Under the pieces are notes generated by a model. It did no database searches and was not told where the DNA came from. It worked only from the letters and a program-made list of their open reading frames with translations. Below, piece after piece: positions 37,363 to 50,954 of a DNA stretch of 64,000 nt (position 1 is the first letter of the stretch; each line of letters begins with the position of its first letter). The translations under genes were made by a program, and so were the position numbers. The stretch comes from Hemiscyllium ocellatum (lineage: Eukaryota), in NCBI RefSeq assembly GCF_020745735.1, contig NC_083447.1, positions 21,532,755 to 21,596,754 on the forward strand. The letters run 5' to 3'.

Positions 37363-37608
37363 GTGAGTTGGATTATTTTTATGATGGAATCAAGGAGGTT
37401 CAACTTGAGTGCAGAGTTTAATTAAAAGTTATGAAGATTTCTGAGAAAACTATTCTAGTATGAGCAGGGCTAACATGTCGAGAGGTGGATAGATGGTATT
37501 GAGAATATTTGCAGTCAAATTCAAGAAGACTAAAGTCAAATAGTAATGGAAGATGCAGTTCAAACTAGTAGGACACTCGAATTTTTGTTTTGTGACATGA
37601 TGATATAG

Positions 37609-37662
37609 GAGCAGGAAGTACACAATTATCGCATTTTGGTGATGGCAATAAGTTAACAGTAA
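37609..37662 (+). pseudogene. TRBJ: J relic ..STQLSHFGDGNKLTV
   Basis: FGDG-x-KLTV motif; no usable heptamer; strong donor is phase 0. 5' boundary uncertain. Confidence 0.55.
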
Positions 37663-37762
37663 GTTAATGCTTTTTTGGACTCAAGCAGCTTTGAAACAGG
37701 AGAAACAATTTGCTCTCCTCAGTTTGAAGAAAGGAAGGAGAACTGGAAATTAGGAACACAAA

Positions 37763-38780
37763 TTGAATTGAACTGAATTAAATTAAACTGAATTGAATTT
37801 ATTGTCACGTGTACCAAGGCCAGTGAAAAGCTTTGTCTTGCGAGCAAAACAGAGAGATCACATAGTTAAAGACCATAGATAAGTAAATAATATGTAAACA
37901 GCAGCAAAAACAAAAACAAAGATATAGGTGAAAGTTAAGAGTTTGTGAGTCCATTTAGTATTCCAACAACAATAGACAATAGACAATAGGTGCAGGGGTA
38001 GGCCATTCTGTCCATCAAGCCTGCACCACCATTCAATATGATCATGACTGATCATCCTTAATCAGTATCCTGTTTCTGCTTTATCTCCATAACCCTTGAT
38101 TCCACAATCATTGAGAGCTCTATCCAACACTTTCTTTAATGAATCCAGAGACTGGGCCTCCACTGCCCTCTGGGGCAGAGCATTGCACACAGCCACCACT
38201 CTCTGGGTGAAGAAGATTCTCCTCATCTCTGTCCTAAATGGTCTACCTCGTATTTTTAAGCTGTGACCTCTGGTTCAGCACTCACCCAAAGGAGAACAGT
38301 AGAATAGAAACTGTTTTGAAACTGGCTGGTGCATGTGTTCAGGCTTCTGTACCTTCTCCCCAATGGTAGAGGTTGTTGAAAGCATTGCCAGGGTGAGATG
38401 GATCTTTGATGGCGGTCTTTCCTTACAGCAGGCCCAGTAGATGGATTATATAGATGGGAGGTTGGTCTTTGTGATTATCTGGATCAGTTCACCACTTTCT
38501 GTAACCATCTCCAATCTTGAATGGTGCAGTTGCCATATCAGGTCGTGATACATCCAGACAGAATGCTCTCAATGGTGCACCCATAACATTTGGCAAGGTT
38601 ATTTGCCGTCATGCCAAATTTTCTCAGCTGCTTGAAGAGGAAGAGACGTTGCTGGGCCTTTGTAACCAGTGCATCCACATGACGAGTCCAAGAAAGTTTG
38701 TTGTTGATGACCATTCCCAGGAACTTGACAGTCTCCACGCGTTCCACCTCTGTGCTGTTAATGTGTAGGGGGACATGAGT
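37763..38780 (-). mobile_element. Rex1/Babar-type LINE 3' part interrupted by a CR1 3' end (~37976-38285)
   Basis: VETVKFLG..NKLSWTRH..KAQQRLFLFKQLRKFG..IESILSGCIT; (AATTC)n-like tail; nested CR1 tail. Confidence 0.75.
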
Positions 38781-40039
38781 AACAAATAATTGCTACATTA
38801 AAGAAGCAGCAAACAAAACAACTAAATATTGGGGTTTGTCTAGGTGGTGGTGCATGAAGACCCATAAGGATAGCCTGAAATGCAAAGAGACAGATATAAA
38901 GAAAAATGGAGACCATGAAAGAATGAATGAATGCAATGCAATCATCAATCGACCAAATGAGCTTATTTAGATGTGTCTGGAGAATTAAGGGTTCAGAATG
39001 TGTTGATACAGCAATATAAAATTGTGTCAAGAAACTGCGACTGTACATTTCTCAGCAGGGTAAAGACTGTATTTAAGGTTGGTGATGCTAATACATAAAA
39101 ATAATGCTAACCATAGCTGGAATGAAGTTCCCAAATCTTTCTGAAATTTCCAATATTCCTTACAAAGGAATCAGTGACTAGGTGGAAATTGATAGTGATA
39201 ACTACCAAGTATACAAGATTTTGAAATGATTACTTAGTACATAATTTTACAAGATCAAATCAAGGTGGGATTGTGATAGAGGGGCATTGGTGTTAATGAA
39301 TACTCAAAATATTTGGAAGGAAGCGTTGAGGGTGCAGAAAGTACTCATTAAAAATTTAAGAGGAGATAAGAAAATAGGTTTTGATCAACTTTTAGGAGTC
39401 AGTTGTTGAGTCTCTGTTAAAGAAATGTGTTTGCTTTTGAACAAAACACGGTAGGTTCTTTTTCAAGCCTTGGATATGGAGCAGTAATTATTTACTAGAA
39501 TGGCTCCAGACGTGGGACAGCTGTGGGAACCTGACATTTTCTATGATTCTCTACAGGTCAGTAAAGAACAATTAGGGATTTCATCAACATTTTCAAAATT
39601 AATTAACATCTTGTGTTGTGTAAACAATCATAAAGCTCACATTGGCAGAATGATTGGTGACCAATGTTATTGATTTTGAGGTAATTGATATGAAGTAATT
39701 GATATAAAAGATGAGGTAGAGTGATTTCTCATAGAGGATTTGATATGGAATGTGTTTTGCTGGAAGCTTGTTGAATGGAAACAGGGTAAACATTTTTATT
39801 GAAAAAATATTTATGAGGCTATGAGAAAGCAGAAAAGTGAGTGAAATTAAATGAATAGCTCTTTCGAAGTTTTACTGACTTCGAAAGAGCTTTATAATTT
39901 GCTTTATAATTATGGCACTTTTAGCGTGGCATTGGACATAAAATAAATTAAGGAGATGAAATAAGGAATCAGTTAAGTAAACATTGGCCAATTGCAAGAC
40001 TGCTTTAAAAAAGTTTTCTGACAAGGGTCTCACATTGTG

Positions 40040-40089
40040 TTCTGGAACTCAATATTATTTCGGAAGAGGCACTAAATTGACTGTAATCG
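40040..40089 (+). CDS. TRBJ: J segment SGTQYYFGRGTKLTVI
   Basis: AGTTTTCTG + 12 + CATTGTG; FGXG; G|GTGAGT. Confidence 0.95.
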
Positions 40090-40406
40090 GTGAGTCTAGA
40101 AATGTTAGGTTAACTTGGAAAATATATGTTGTTAAACTTGCTAGTAAAGAGGTCTAAGATATCGGTTCAATTGCTGAAATGCCTTTTGTATTCAATGCAT
40201 TTAGGGGATAGATGGGACCTAAAAGACAGAGAGGGGTCATCATTGATTGAAGAATTGTATGAAAGGAAAACTATTTTAAAGAAAGCTTTTTATTATTCCA
40301 CGTTATGGCTTCTTATAGATAGCAAAAGGTTACTTGTATTATGAATTAAAATTTCCCGAATGCTTTAGAAGGTGGAATAGTTTTGTAACCATGTTGAAGC
40401 ACTGTG

Positions 40407-40459
40407 CTCTGGAAGCTATAATTATTTCTTTGGTGAAGGGACTAAACTGACCGTTTTTG
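40407..40459 (+). CDS. TRBJ: J segment SGSYNYFFGEGTKLTVF
   Basis: AGTTTTGTA + 12 + CACTGTG; FGXG; G|GTGAGT. Confidence 0.95.
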
Positions 40460-41159
40460 GTGAGTTGCATGTTAAAATATACGGTTAAAATTTTCATCTT
40501 TAAAATAAATAAATGAATTGAAAGTTAGGTATTCTGCCATTTTTCTAAGACAAACATTTCTGGTGGGAAATATCAATTTCAAAATTCATTTAGAATATGA
40601 ATATGTGAATTTGTTGAGAAATATAGAAGGAATATTTTTGATTGTTTGCCTGTTGTCAGAACCTCTGGAAAGGCTAACATTTATCACCCAGAACTAATTG
40701 CCCTTGAAAAGTTAGTAGCGAGCTGCCTTGCTGAACTCCTGGAGTCCATTATTTTGGAGATATCAGGAGCCTTGTTAAAAAGAATGTTCCAAGATTATTG
40801 TCCACTTCCACAAAGATGGATTAAAGATCTTGTGGATTATTCATTCTAAAAATTGATATACCAATAAATAATCGAAATGCAATATTCCAGATGCACATCA
40901 TCCTAATTTTAAAAAAAAATTCTCACTGATTCAAACTGTCATTCTACTTCTATGTCCTCTCTGTATCTGCTTTCATTTCCAATACTTTTTTTTCATCTCA
41001 GGCATTCCCTGTTGCAGAAAGTTTGACATTCCGACAACTGAGTTATGATTTCCTCCAGAATTCCTGAAGTTGAACTACAATACAATTTTGCAATCTCCAT
41101 CATTCCCTCATCCCCCAGTTCTGCAGAACTCCACCATTTCTGTGTCTCTTCAGGTCGAG

Positions 41160-41456
41160 TTTAGATTAGATTTCCTAAAGTTATGGAAATAGGCCCTTCA
41201 TCCATACTGACCTTCCAGAGAGTAGCCCACCTGAACTCATTCCCCTACCCTACATTTGCCCCTGATTAAGGGACCTAGCACTATGGGCAATTTAACATGG
41301 CCAATAGACCTGACCTGCACATCTTTGGATTGTGGGAGGAAACCCATGCAGACACGTGGAGAATGTGCAAACTCCACACCGACCGTCACCCGAGGTGGGA
41401 ATCGATCCCAGGTTCCTGGTACTGCGAGGCAGCAGTGCTAACCACGGAGCCACCAC
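41160..41456 (-). mobile_element. HE1-like SINE in the J cluster
   Basis: Same head, body and tail as the other copies. Confidence 0.85.
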
Positions 41457-41785
41457 TTAGCTGTATGCTTGACTGCTAAGCTACTAAATTCTAGAAATTA
41501 GCTCCAGATTTCAGCATCATATTCTGCTCTTAGTTTGACTAATTCTTAAAGTTTTTGATACAGTTAAGGGGTTGGATGATAACCGCTGGCTGTCAATACT
41601 GCTGCAAAGCATCACTTATTTATTGAAATTTTTTATCTTGTGTGAAATGCAAGGTGTGGTGTTGTAGTGTATTTTCTATCCATCGTCAAAGTTAAGTTTA
41701 AAAGGACGTGTGTCATTTGAGAATCCTTCTCAGAGGACAGCATTTTAAATAGTTGGCAGTTTTAACATTGTTCTGTAGCACTGTG

Positions 41786-41838
41786 CTCAAATAACTATGA
41801 CTATACATTTGGCGATGGGACCAAATTAGTAGTTTCAG
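41786..41838 (+). CDS. TRBJ: J segment SNNYDYTFGDGTKLVVS
   Basis: AGTTTTAAC + 12 + CACTGTG; FGXG; G|GTAGGT. Confidence 0.95.
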
Positions 41839-43239
41839 GTAGGTGAAGAATTCAAAACATTATTGTTTGTACGTTATCTCCAGTGGGTAGTGGCATAGGT
41901 TCAGCTAATCATTTGGCTCTTTGTTTAAAGCCAACTTTGGAATCCTGATTTGCTTTAAGAATAGCATTTCATCCTGCCTCAAGTGGAGATGACCTTCACT
42001 GTTGAGTCTATTCTCTGAAATGCCTACTGTTCACACTGAATATATTCAGTGCAAGATTCTTCCCTTTCTTGACTAATGCAGTGGGAGACAGACTCATATA
42101 CAGTATCTTTTATTGATCAGGAGAATTTCACTGCGTTTATACATGGGTATCTTGCTGAATTGAAAAATCTCTTCACATGTGTCATTCATGAGGCAAAGCT
42201 TTCCTGGCAACTGTTAGTAGAAATGCACTGTTAATTACTGGAAGTGTCAACTAAGTAGGGTGTAGTAAGGATAAAGGTGACATTTGCGACCTCAGTGTGC
42301 AGTAGAGTCAAACATTGTCAAATAAAGGATAAAGAAAGCAAAGCATTGTGAGAGGGAGGCAGTGAATATGAGGAAAGTTCACAATAGAAAAAAACAAACA
42401 GTGAAAGAGAGAATGACTTAACTATAGTAAGAGAAAAATGAAAAGAAAGAAATGTATGAATGATTGAAGAATTGCTTTTTAAAGTGATCTCAGAACAGTT
42501 TACTGCCTGTAGGTTTGAGAAGTCAATGTTAAAACTGTTCAATATCTGCATGATAGAGATTGATTGGCACTGTATCCACAATATTATACTTGTATTTCCA
42601 TTCCAAATTCTTTGTTTTATCTTTTTGCAGTGAGTGTGACATCAATGTTGTTATTTTCAATAATTCGATAGACCATCACTGAAATTTTGTAAATGTTCAT
42701 TACACTCTAGTATTTGAATCAACCTATTGTTAGCCTTGCTCTAAGTTCCAAGTTATACGCAACTTCAACAGCAAGGAAATTCACTGAGATGTCTTATAGC
42801 ATATAATGGTCTTTTTTGAGTTTGACTGACGGCCCAAATAATTCAAGAGACATTGAGACTAAAGGATGACACCTTAAAATTAGAGATAGAGTGGAGTGTT
42901 CTCAGAAATCATTTCTTCACATAAATTCTAATAGAACTTAGGAACTCCCTCATTAAATTGCAGTGGGTGCTAAGATTCAACTGAAACATTAATGCAGAGT
43001 AAAGTACTGTTTTAGATGCTTTCAATATCAGGGATATGGACCGAAGTTAGGAAATGGAAATGTGGTACAGATTGGTCATTGAATGGAGGAGAAGGTTGGG
43101 AAACTGAACGCCCTCAAAACAGTTGATTAGATGTTAGCAGTTATGCAATACAGTCGTAAAATTGTTTTGAAAACAGCAATGAAATATAATTTGAGGGACA
43201 AAAGGTTTGGATAGGTAAATGCAAATAAAAGTGTTCTTG

Positions 43240-43800
43240 CTTATATTATGGATCTTTATGTGCAAGATATAATATCAGAGTTTGCAGATGGCAGTCAACC
43301 AGGGCGAACTTTGAACTGTGTGGCAAATTTTGTGATTTCCAAAAGGTCAGTGACAAGATAGTGAAGTGGGCAGGTAATTGGCAAGTGAGATTCAATGTAG
43401 GGAGGTGTGAGGCAAAGCACTTTGGTCAGAAGAACACTGAAAGGCAATATAAATTAAGGATTTCAAATCTAAAGGGGGCTCAGGAGCACGAGCACTTTGG
43501 TGTAGATCTACACCGATTATTGAAAGCAGCTGGACACGTGGAGGGAACTGTACTTAAAACATGCAGTGTTCTTGGCTTTATTAATGGGTTCGAGAGAAAG
43601 ACACTAATATTGAACTTGTACAAGGCACCTCAGTTTGTGTTTTATGTACTTTGCAAGCTCCACATTATAGGAAAAATGTGAATACATTGGGGAAAGTGCT
43701 GAAATAATTTCACAGTGCAGGAAGATTGGATGGGATGAAAGGCGTCCTTCTGCATTGTAACAATATTGTGGTTCAATGATATCCATGTTCCAAGAAATAT
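43240..43800 (+). mobile_element. Old CR1 LINE fragment
   Basis: KWAGNWQVRFNVGRCE..HFG remnant. Confidence 0.7.
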
Positions 43801-44059
43801 TAACTAAACTTTTGAAGTTAATTTTCTGCTCTCAAATGTGTCTTTATAATTAGACAGTTGAGAAAAGGCCAGCTAACTCAAAGACATTGTAGTCAATCAA
43901 ATAAAAGTGTTAATATGAATAAAAGAGTCAGATCGACTCTTATTATATAATCATCAAGAACCAGATGCTGTGTTTTGATATAGATCGAAATAATGCCCTG
44001 GATCAAAGTCAGTTCTCAACTTCAGACATCGTACAATTTTGACAGTATTGTGTTTGCAA

Positions 44060-46880
44060 ATGTGAAGCAGTGGGAAATTGAGGACTGTAAGAATAAGCGA
44101 GTTGTATTGGTAGGGGATTTTAACTTTCCAAACATAAATTGGGATGGCCGGTGTTAAGAGCTTGGATGGGGATGATTTTTTAAAAATATGTTCAAAAAAG
44201 TTTTCTCAATCAATATATAGATGGTCTGACTAGAAAAGGGCAAAGCTGAACCTCCTCTTGGAAAATAAAGCAGAACAAAGGTGTCAGAGAGGGTCATATT
44301 TGGACCAGTGACCATAATTCTATTAGTTTTAAAACAGTTAGAGGAAAGGATAGGCCTGCTCTGCGAATTAAAGTTCAAAGCGTGGGCAAAGCCAATTTTG
44401 ATGGTATTAGACAGGTCTTTGGAAAGTTGATTTGGGGAGTTTGTTTGCAGGTAAAGGGATATTTGACAAATGGGAGGCTTTCAAAAATAAGTAGCGAGAA
44501 TTCAGGGGCAGCATATTCCTCCTCAGATGAACGGCAAGGCTGGCAGGAATAGTGAACACTGGATGACTAGAGATATTTAGGCTCTGGTTAAGAAAAAAGA
44601 GGAATATGTGTCAGGTACAGACAGCTGGGATTAAGTGAATTCCTTGAGCAGTAAACGGGGTATAGGAGCACACTTCAGAGAGAAATCAGAAGTCGCAAAT
44701 AGCATATGAAATAGATTTAGTAAATAAGGTTAAGGAGAATCCAAAGTGATTCTGCAAATATTTTAAAGGCAAAAGAGCAATTAGAGAGAGATTAGAGCCC
44801 CTTAAATATGCTTGAGGCTAACTATGAGGACCATAGGAGATGGATGAGATGTTGATTATTGTACATCAGTACTTACTGTGGAGAAAGACATGGAAGCTAG
44901 GAAATGTTGGTAATAAATAAAGATGTCTTGAAAAGAGTCCACATCACAGAAGATGAAATCCTGGAGATCTTAAAACACATAAAGGTAGTTAAAGCCCTGG
45001 AACCTGATCAAGTGTATCCCAGGACATCCCAGGAAACTAAGGAAAAAATTGTGGGGCCCCTAGCAGAGATATTTGTATAATCGATAGCCATGGGTAAAGT
45101 GCTGGAAGACTGGAGGGTGGCTAATATAGTCCCGTTATTTAAAAAAGTTTAAAGGAAAAGCCAGACATGCACAAACAGGTGATGCCAGTGGTGGGTAAGC
45201 TTTTGGAGGAATTCTGATATACAGGACATTCATGCGTTTGGAAAGATGTGGACTGATTATGCATAGCTTGGATTTCAGCTTGGATTTCTGCGTGGAAAAT
45301 CATGTCTCACAAACTTAATTGAGATTTTTTTGAAGAGATAACCAAAAGGATAGATGAAGGCAGAGCTGTAGTCTTCATCTACATGGACATTAGCAAGGTC
45401 TTCAGCATGGTTCCACATGACAGAGTGTTTGGTAATGTTAGATTAGATGGGATCCAGGAAGATCTAGCCAATTGCATATAAAATTACCTTCACAGTAGGA
45501 GACATGAGGGTTGTGGTAGAGGATTGTATTTCAGTCTGAAGGCCTATGACCAACAGTGTGGCATCAGAATCTACGCTGGGTCCACTGTTGCTTGTTGTTT
45601 ATATAAATGATTTGGATGAGAATGTAGGAGGCATGATTAAGTAAATTTGCAGATTACACCAAAATTGATAGTATAGTAGACTGAGAAGAAGTTATCCATA
45701 AGTTCAGACGTATTTTGATCCAATCAGCTGAGGAATGGCAGATGGAGGTTGAAGTAGTTAGATGTGAAATGTTGCATTTTCTTAAGACAAGCCAGGGCAG
45801 GACTTACACAGTTCATGATGGAGCCCAGGGAAGTAGAAATTCATAGAAACTGTACCGTGTGGAAACAAACTATTAGGCCCAACAAGTCCACACCGACCCT
45901 CCAAAGACTATACCACCTAAACACATTTCCCCACCCCGTTACTCTATATTTCCCCTCACTGATGCACCTAACCAACACATCGCTAAACACTATGAGCAAT
46001 TTAGCTTGGCCAAATCATCAAACCTGCACTATCTTTGGATTATGGGAGGAAACCGGAGCACCTAGAGAAAACCGGCAGACATGGGGAGAATGTGCAAACT
46101 CTACACAGAGAGTCACTTGAGGCTGGAATCAAACCTGGCCCTGAGCACTGTGAGGCAGCAGTGCTAACCACTGAGCCACTGTGCTGCCCAAAAGTGATTT
46201 AACATCATGTGTTGTTGAACAGACAAACGTAGGGGTGCAGGTACCTAATTCCTTGAAAGTGGCCTCACAGGTGGACAGGGTGTCGGTGAAGATGTTTGGC
46301 ATGCTTGCCTTCACCAATCAGAGTATTGAATACAGGATTGGGACTTCATATTACGACTGTGCAAGACATTGGCAAGGCCACATGTGGAGTGCAGCATTTA
46401 ATTTGATCACCCTGCTGTAAGAAAGGTATTAAACTGGAAAGGGTGCTGAAAAGATTTACAAGGATGTTAATGAAGCTGGAAGGTTTTAATTGGAAGGATA
46501 GGGTGGGAGTTTTCCCCCTTGGAACGTACAAAGTCAAAGGGTGACCTTACATGAGGGCTGTAGATAAGGTGAACAGCCAAGATCTTTTCCCTGGGTAGTG
46601 GAGTCCAAAAATAGAAGACATAGGTTTAAGGTGAAAGGAGAAAGATTTAAAAAGGACCTGAGGGGAAACATTTTCACACAGGTGGTGGTGCATATATAAA
46701 TGAGCTGCCAGAGGAAATAGCAGAAGCTAGCACAATTACAGTGTATAAAAGATGTGTTAACACGTTCATAAACAGGAAAGGTTTAGAATGATTAGGGCCA
46801 AATGCTGGCAAGTGGGGATCCTGGATGGTATGGATCAATTGGGCTAAAGATTCTGTCTCTTTGCTACATAACACTATGAC
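44060..46880 (+). mobile_element. Degenerate CR1 ORF2 with a nested HE1-like SINE (45840-46188, minus)
   Basis: GDFNFPNINW, EN and RT remnants collinear with the 25-28 kb copy. Confidence 0.85.
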
Positions 46881-46999
46881 TCTTCTTATGTCAATCTGAA
46901 ATATATATTTTTACTGAATAACAATAGGGTGAAGTTAAACAACAGATCACCTGGTTGAAATCACTGTTAGTCTGACAGGAGGAGTGACAGGAAGAAAAT

Positions 47000-47277
47000 T
47001 ATTAACACTCCATGATTAATTTAAATATAAAACACATGAATAAGAAAGTTAAGAACAGCTTTTGACTTGCTGTAGTCAGACTTATGAATGGAGTTCTTAT
47101 TACATTAGAGTTGATCTTTCTCTGTACCTTCTCTGTAGCTTTAACACTATGTCCTGCATTCTGTTCAATTACCCTGATGTATTTATGTAAGATATGATTT
47201 ATCTGGTCAAGATAAAATATAATACTTTTCATTGTATCTTGGTACATGTGACAATAATAAATCAAATCAAATCAAAT
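47000..47277 (+). mobile_element. Rex1/Babar-type 3' tail
   Basis: Matches the reverse complement of 37800-37970; ends AATAAATCAAATCAAATCAAAT. Confidence 0.6.
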
Positions 47278-49744
47278 TAATGCTGCAATTGAGTTGGTAA
47301 CTGCTGTAACTCAAAACCAGTAATTTTTGAAAAGGAACCAACAAACTCAGTTCTTTCTTAATGAAACAGGGGAAGCAACATAAGGCCAGGAAGTAATCAC
47401 TGATCACTTGAATCTGTTCCATCATTTCATTAAAGTACTGAATGTTAATAAGGATGAATGGGTTCTGGTATACATAGGATCTCCTTAGGGCTAAAAACAT
47501 TGATGGGAAATAGAGCCGAAAGACTTGAATTACTTGGAGACACTGGGGAAGTTGAGACCATTTCCTTAGGCTGCTAAGTGAGAGATTTAATATAAGTGTT
47601 CAATGTCATGAAGTTTTCAAATACATGGAGGTTTGACAACCATAGAAACACATAATTTATGTGACCTTTAATTTTTCTGTATATATCCTACATTTGGAGC
47701 CTTTATGTTCAAATCTTTGTGACCTAAATACTGGAATTCCTTCCATAAACTTTTCCACACCTGTCTGTTGGGTCACTATATCAATTTATTAAAGTCTGTC
47801 TTCTCATTTATAAATATCATACAGTTTTCTTTAGTTGTTAAGACTTTAGTTATGTCCAGAATATCTTTGACCCAGTCTTAAGCGTTGTTCAACTTGCCCT
47901 GATGTTGATGGTCTTGTGAAATCTTTATTTCATCAACTGCACAAGATAAATAACAATGTATTTACCTTATGAAGCATGACTTATTCCTCTCCTTAGCATA
48001 ATGGCAAATTCCTAGTGACCTCAATTTAGGTAAGGTGTTGTGGCAATGCAAAAGGTATAAGCTGGTTGCTGAATTAAGTCCAGTGTGGAGAGACTTTCAT
48101 TTAACAAAAGCATGAAAGAAACTGGGATCATTCTCTTTAAAGCAGAGACAGTGAAGTGGAAATTGAACTTGTTGTTATAATTATAATAGACAATCTATAA
48201 AAGACAAGCAAAGTATACAGACAAGTAAGCAGTGACACTAACAAATATGATGGACACTATGGCATATGACAGCATTTGAATTCGATAATAACATAATATC
48301 AGAAGAACTCGGAGCAGGTGTATACAATTCTGTACTCGTCATGTAACATGATTCAGCCGATCTCATCTTGGCCTCACCTCAACTTTTCTGCCTGCACCCA
48401 ATACCTTTTAACATGTTGCTACTTAAAAATCTGTCCCTTCCTTAAATTTATTTACTGTCCCTGTATTCATCTTACTCCATGATTGCAAATTCCACAGATT
48501 CATGATCCTACTAGAGAAGCAATTTTACCTCATCTCTATTTTAAATCTGCTATTCTGCAGCGTAAATACATGGCCTCTTATTTCAGATTGTCTCAGAAAG
48601 GGAAACAACTACTTTACATCTACTTTGTCATCTTCCCATTAATACTTCATGTAGCTCAATTAGATCTCATCTCATTCCTCTAAACTCTAGCTTGTATTGG
48701 CCTAAACTGCTCAATCTTGCCATTACTTTCTGGAAAATATGTAGTGAACCTTCTCTGAATTGCCTCCACTGAATTACAAACATCCTCAATTAAAGACCAA
48801 AACCCAAATTAAAAGCTAACCTTTTGACTACTACTGCTGCTTGTTGTAAAAGCCCTTTTGGTTCACTATTGCCCTTTAGGGAAAGAAAATTTGTCATCTT
48901 TACCCTGGTCTGGTCTACACTTGATTCCAGGCCCATAGCAATCTGGTAACTCTTAACTACTTCTGTGGCCCAGGCAGCGATTCTCACATCCCATTAAGAT
49001 ATTTCAAACAAATGTTAATTGCAGCTATTGAACAGAAATGCAAATCTGAGGGAGAAGATCCCAGTAAAAGAACAACTATTAGGAACAGACTCAAACTTTA
49101 GTTCTGGACTTTTCAAAATGGAAATGGCAGGACAAATGTTTGGAGACAAGACTTCAAATCCCATGACAGTATCTGAAAAATTTAAAGTCAAGTTAGTTGC
49201 AATTCTGGAATTAAATACTAGGCCCACTCAGCAATGTTGACCTTGAACATTAAGGATCATCCTCATAATGTATTTTGTTCAGTTCAGTCGTTTAGGGAAG
49301 TGCATCTGATATGTATACACTGTCTAAATTATTCTGACTGCAGACTAACCAAATGTGGTTGACTATCAGTTATCCTCTAAAATCGTTGGCAGTCAACCTC
49401 AATCATTTGAGAGCAATTTGCGCTGAGAAATATTATTGGTATTGTCAACAATGCTTGCATGCCAGAACAAATAAACAAAAAGTAAACTTCACAAAAGACA
49501 TTATGAACATTTGACTGAATATCATTTGCAGGGCTTTTGAGGGGATAGCAGAGTGGTGATGAATTGAATATGTTACCAGAAATGAATTATATTCTTTATT
49601 TTCTTTTATTCTAATTCCATGTTCTAAGTTCATCTCTAATTACCTTTCAAAATGAATGTCTTGCTGGGTCATTTCAGATAATTCACTAAAGAAGGAAACA
49701 CATTGTAATGGGTGTGAAATCTCATGTAGGCTTATTAGATAAAT

Positions 49745-49913
49745 AGAGTTGAAAAATGTGGTGCTGGAAAAACACAGCAGACCAGACTGCATCCGAGGAG
49801 CAGGAGAATCGACGTTTTGGGCATAAGCCCTTCTTCAGGAATCCTGAAACGTCGATTCTCCTGCTCCTCGGATGCTGCCTGGCCTGCTGTGTTTTTCAAC
49901 ATTTTTCAACTCT
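49745..49913. repeat. Long inverted repeat (~70-nt arms) from head-to-head Penelope 3' ends
   Basis: Arms 49745-49817 and 49846-49913 are near-perfect reverse complements. Confidence 0.9.
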
Positions 49914-50612
49914 GGTACTCCAGCATCTGCAGTCTTCACTTTCTCCTTATTAGATAAATATGATAGATATCTTTCTCGAGAACATGTTGCCTTCTGTTCC
50001 CACAGCAATCGATGATAGTTCCGTGATCATTACTTCTGTAATGAGATTTATGGTCTAGTGTTATTAGCTGAGCTCAAATTCCATCGAGGGCATTAGCCTG
50101 TTAGTCGACTCGCTACCACTATGCCACAGCTCACCAATTTGTCTAGTATCTTCCCTTATTGCTGTATCATTTCACGGCCGCACACATTATATTTAAGATC
50201 ACATTTCAGATATTAGACAAGAGTTGAATTTGGAAGTGCCTTCATCAATGAAACATTGTGAGCAAGAGTCCAATAAATTAAGGTAAGTAAGATAGCATAT
50301 TGGACCAGAATTCTGTTAAAAATTTCCAGATTAATAGGAAAATAACACTGGCAAGAGGCAGAAAGAATTAGATCAAGAAAAGATTCAGATTATCATTAAT
50401 TATTTAACTTCAAATGCTTCCAGTTTCTGATGTGATTAGATCATTAATTGATAATAATTAACATGTGGTCAGCAAATAGTTAGCTTCAGTTGAAAGCGCC
50501 AAAGAACTTAATTATTCTGGGTACGATTGAAAGGCCCATTTCTTAAAATTCTCGTTAGATTTTCATTCTCATCAATGCTCTTTGCATTAATATTTATTTA
50601 ATTCCCTCACAG

Positions 50613-50954
50613 AAGGTACTATTAAGGAACCCAGCATCACTATTTTTCAACCCTCTCCAGAAGAAGTTAATAAGAAGCAGAAGGTGACAGTGGTTTGCCT
50701 CATATCTAACTTCTATCCAGACAATGTCAAGATTACCTGGTTCATCGATAATGAGATTCAGCAGGCCAATGACGCAAGGATTCTGACTGATCCTAATTCC
50801 AGATCAGCGGATGGGGGCAAATCCTACAGCATCACCAGTCGGTTAAGATTGGAGGCTCGTGATTTCGTCCAGCCTAGAAATGTTTCATGCAAAGCGGATC
50901 ACTATACTCCAGAAGAAGTGAAGACATGCCGTGCATATTTGAGCATCAGTATTG
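50613..50954 (+). CDS. TRBC: C-beta exon 1 (Ig C1 domain)
   Basis: cacag acceptor, phase 1; EPSITIFQPSPEEVNKKQKVTVVCLISNFYPDNVKITW..YSITSRL..VSC; G|GTAGGT donor. Confidence 0.96.

Noticed and set aside
39508-39560. GTG-GGACAGC resembling a second D, or a J after AGCTGTG
   Set aside because: No 3' CAC heptamer or nonamer and no FGXG motif.
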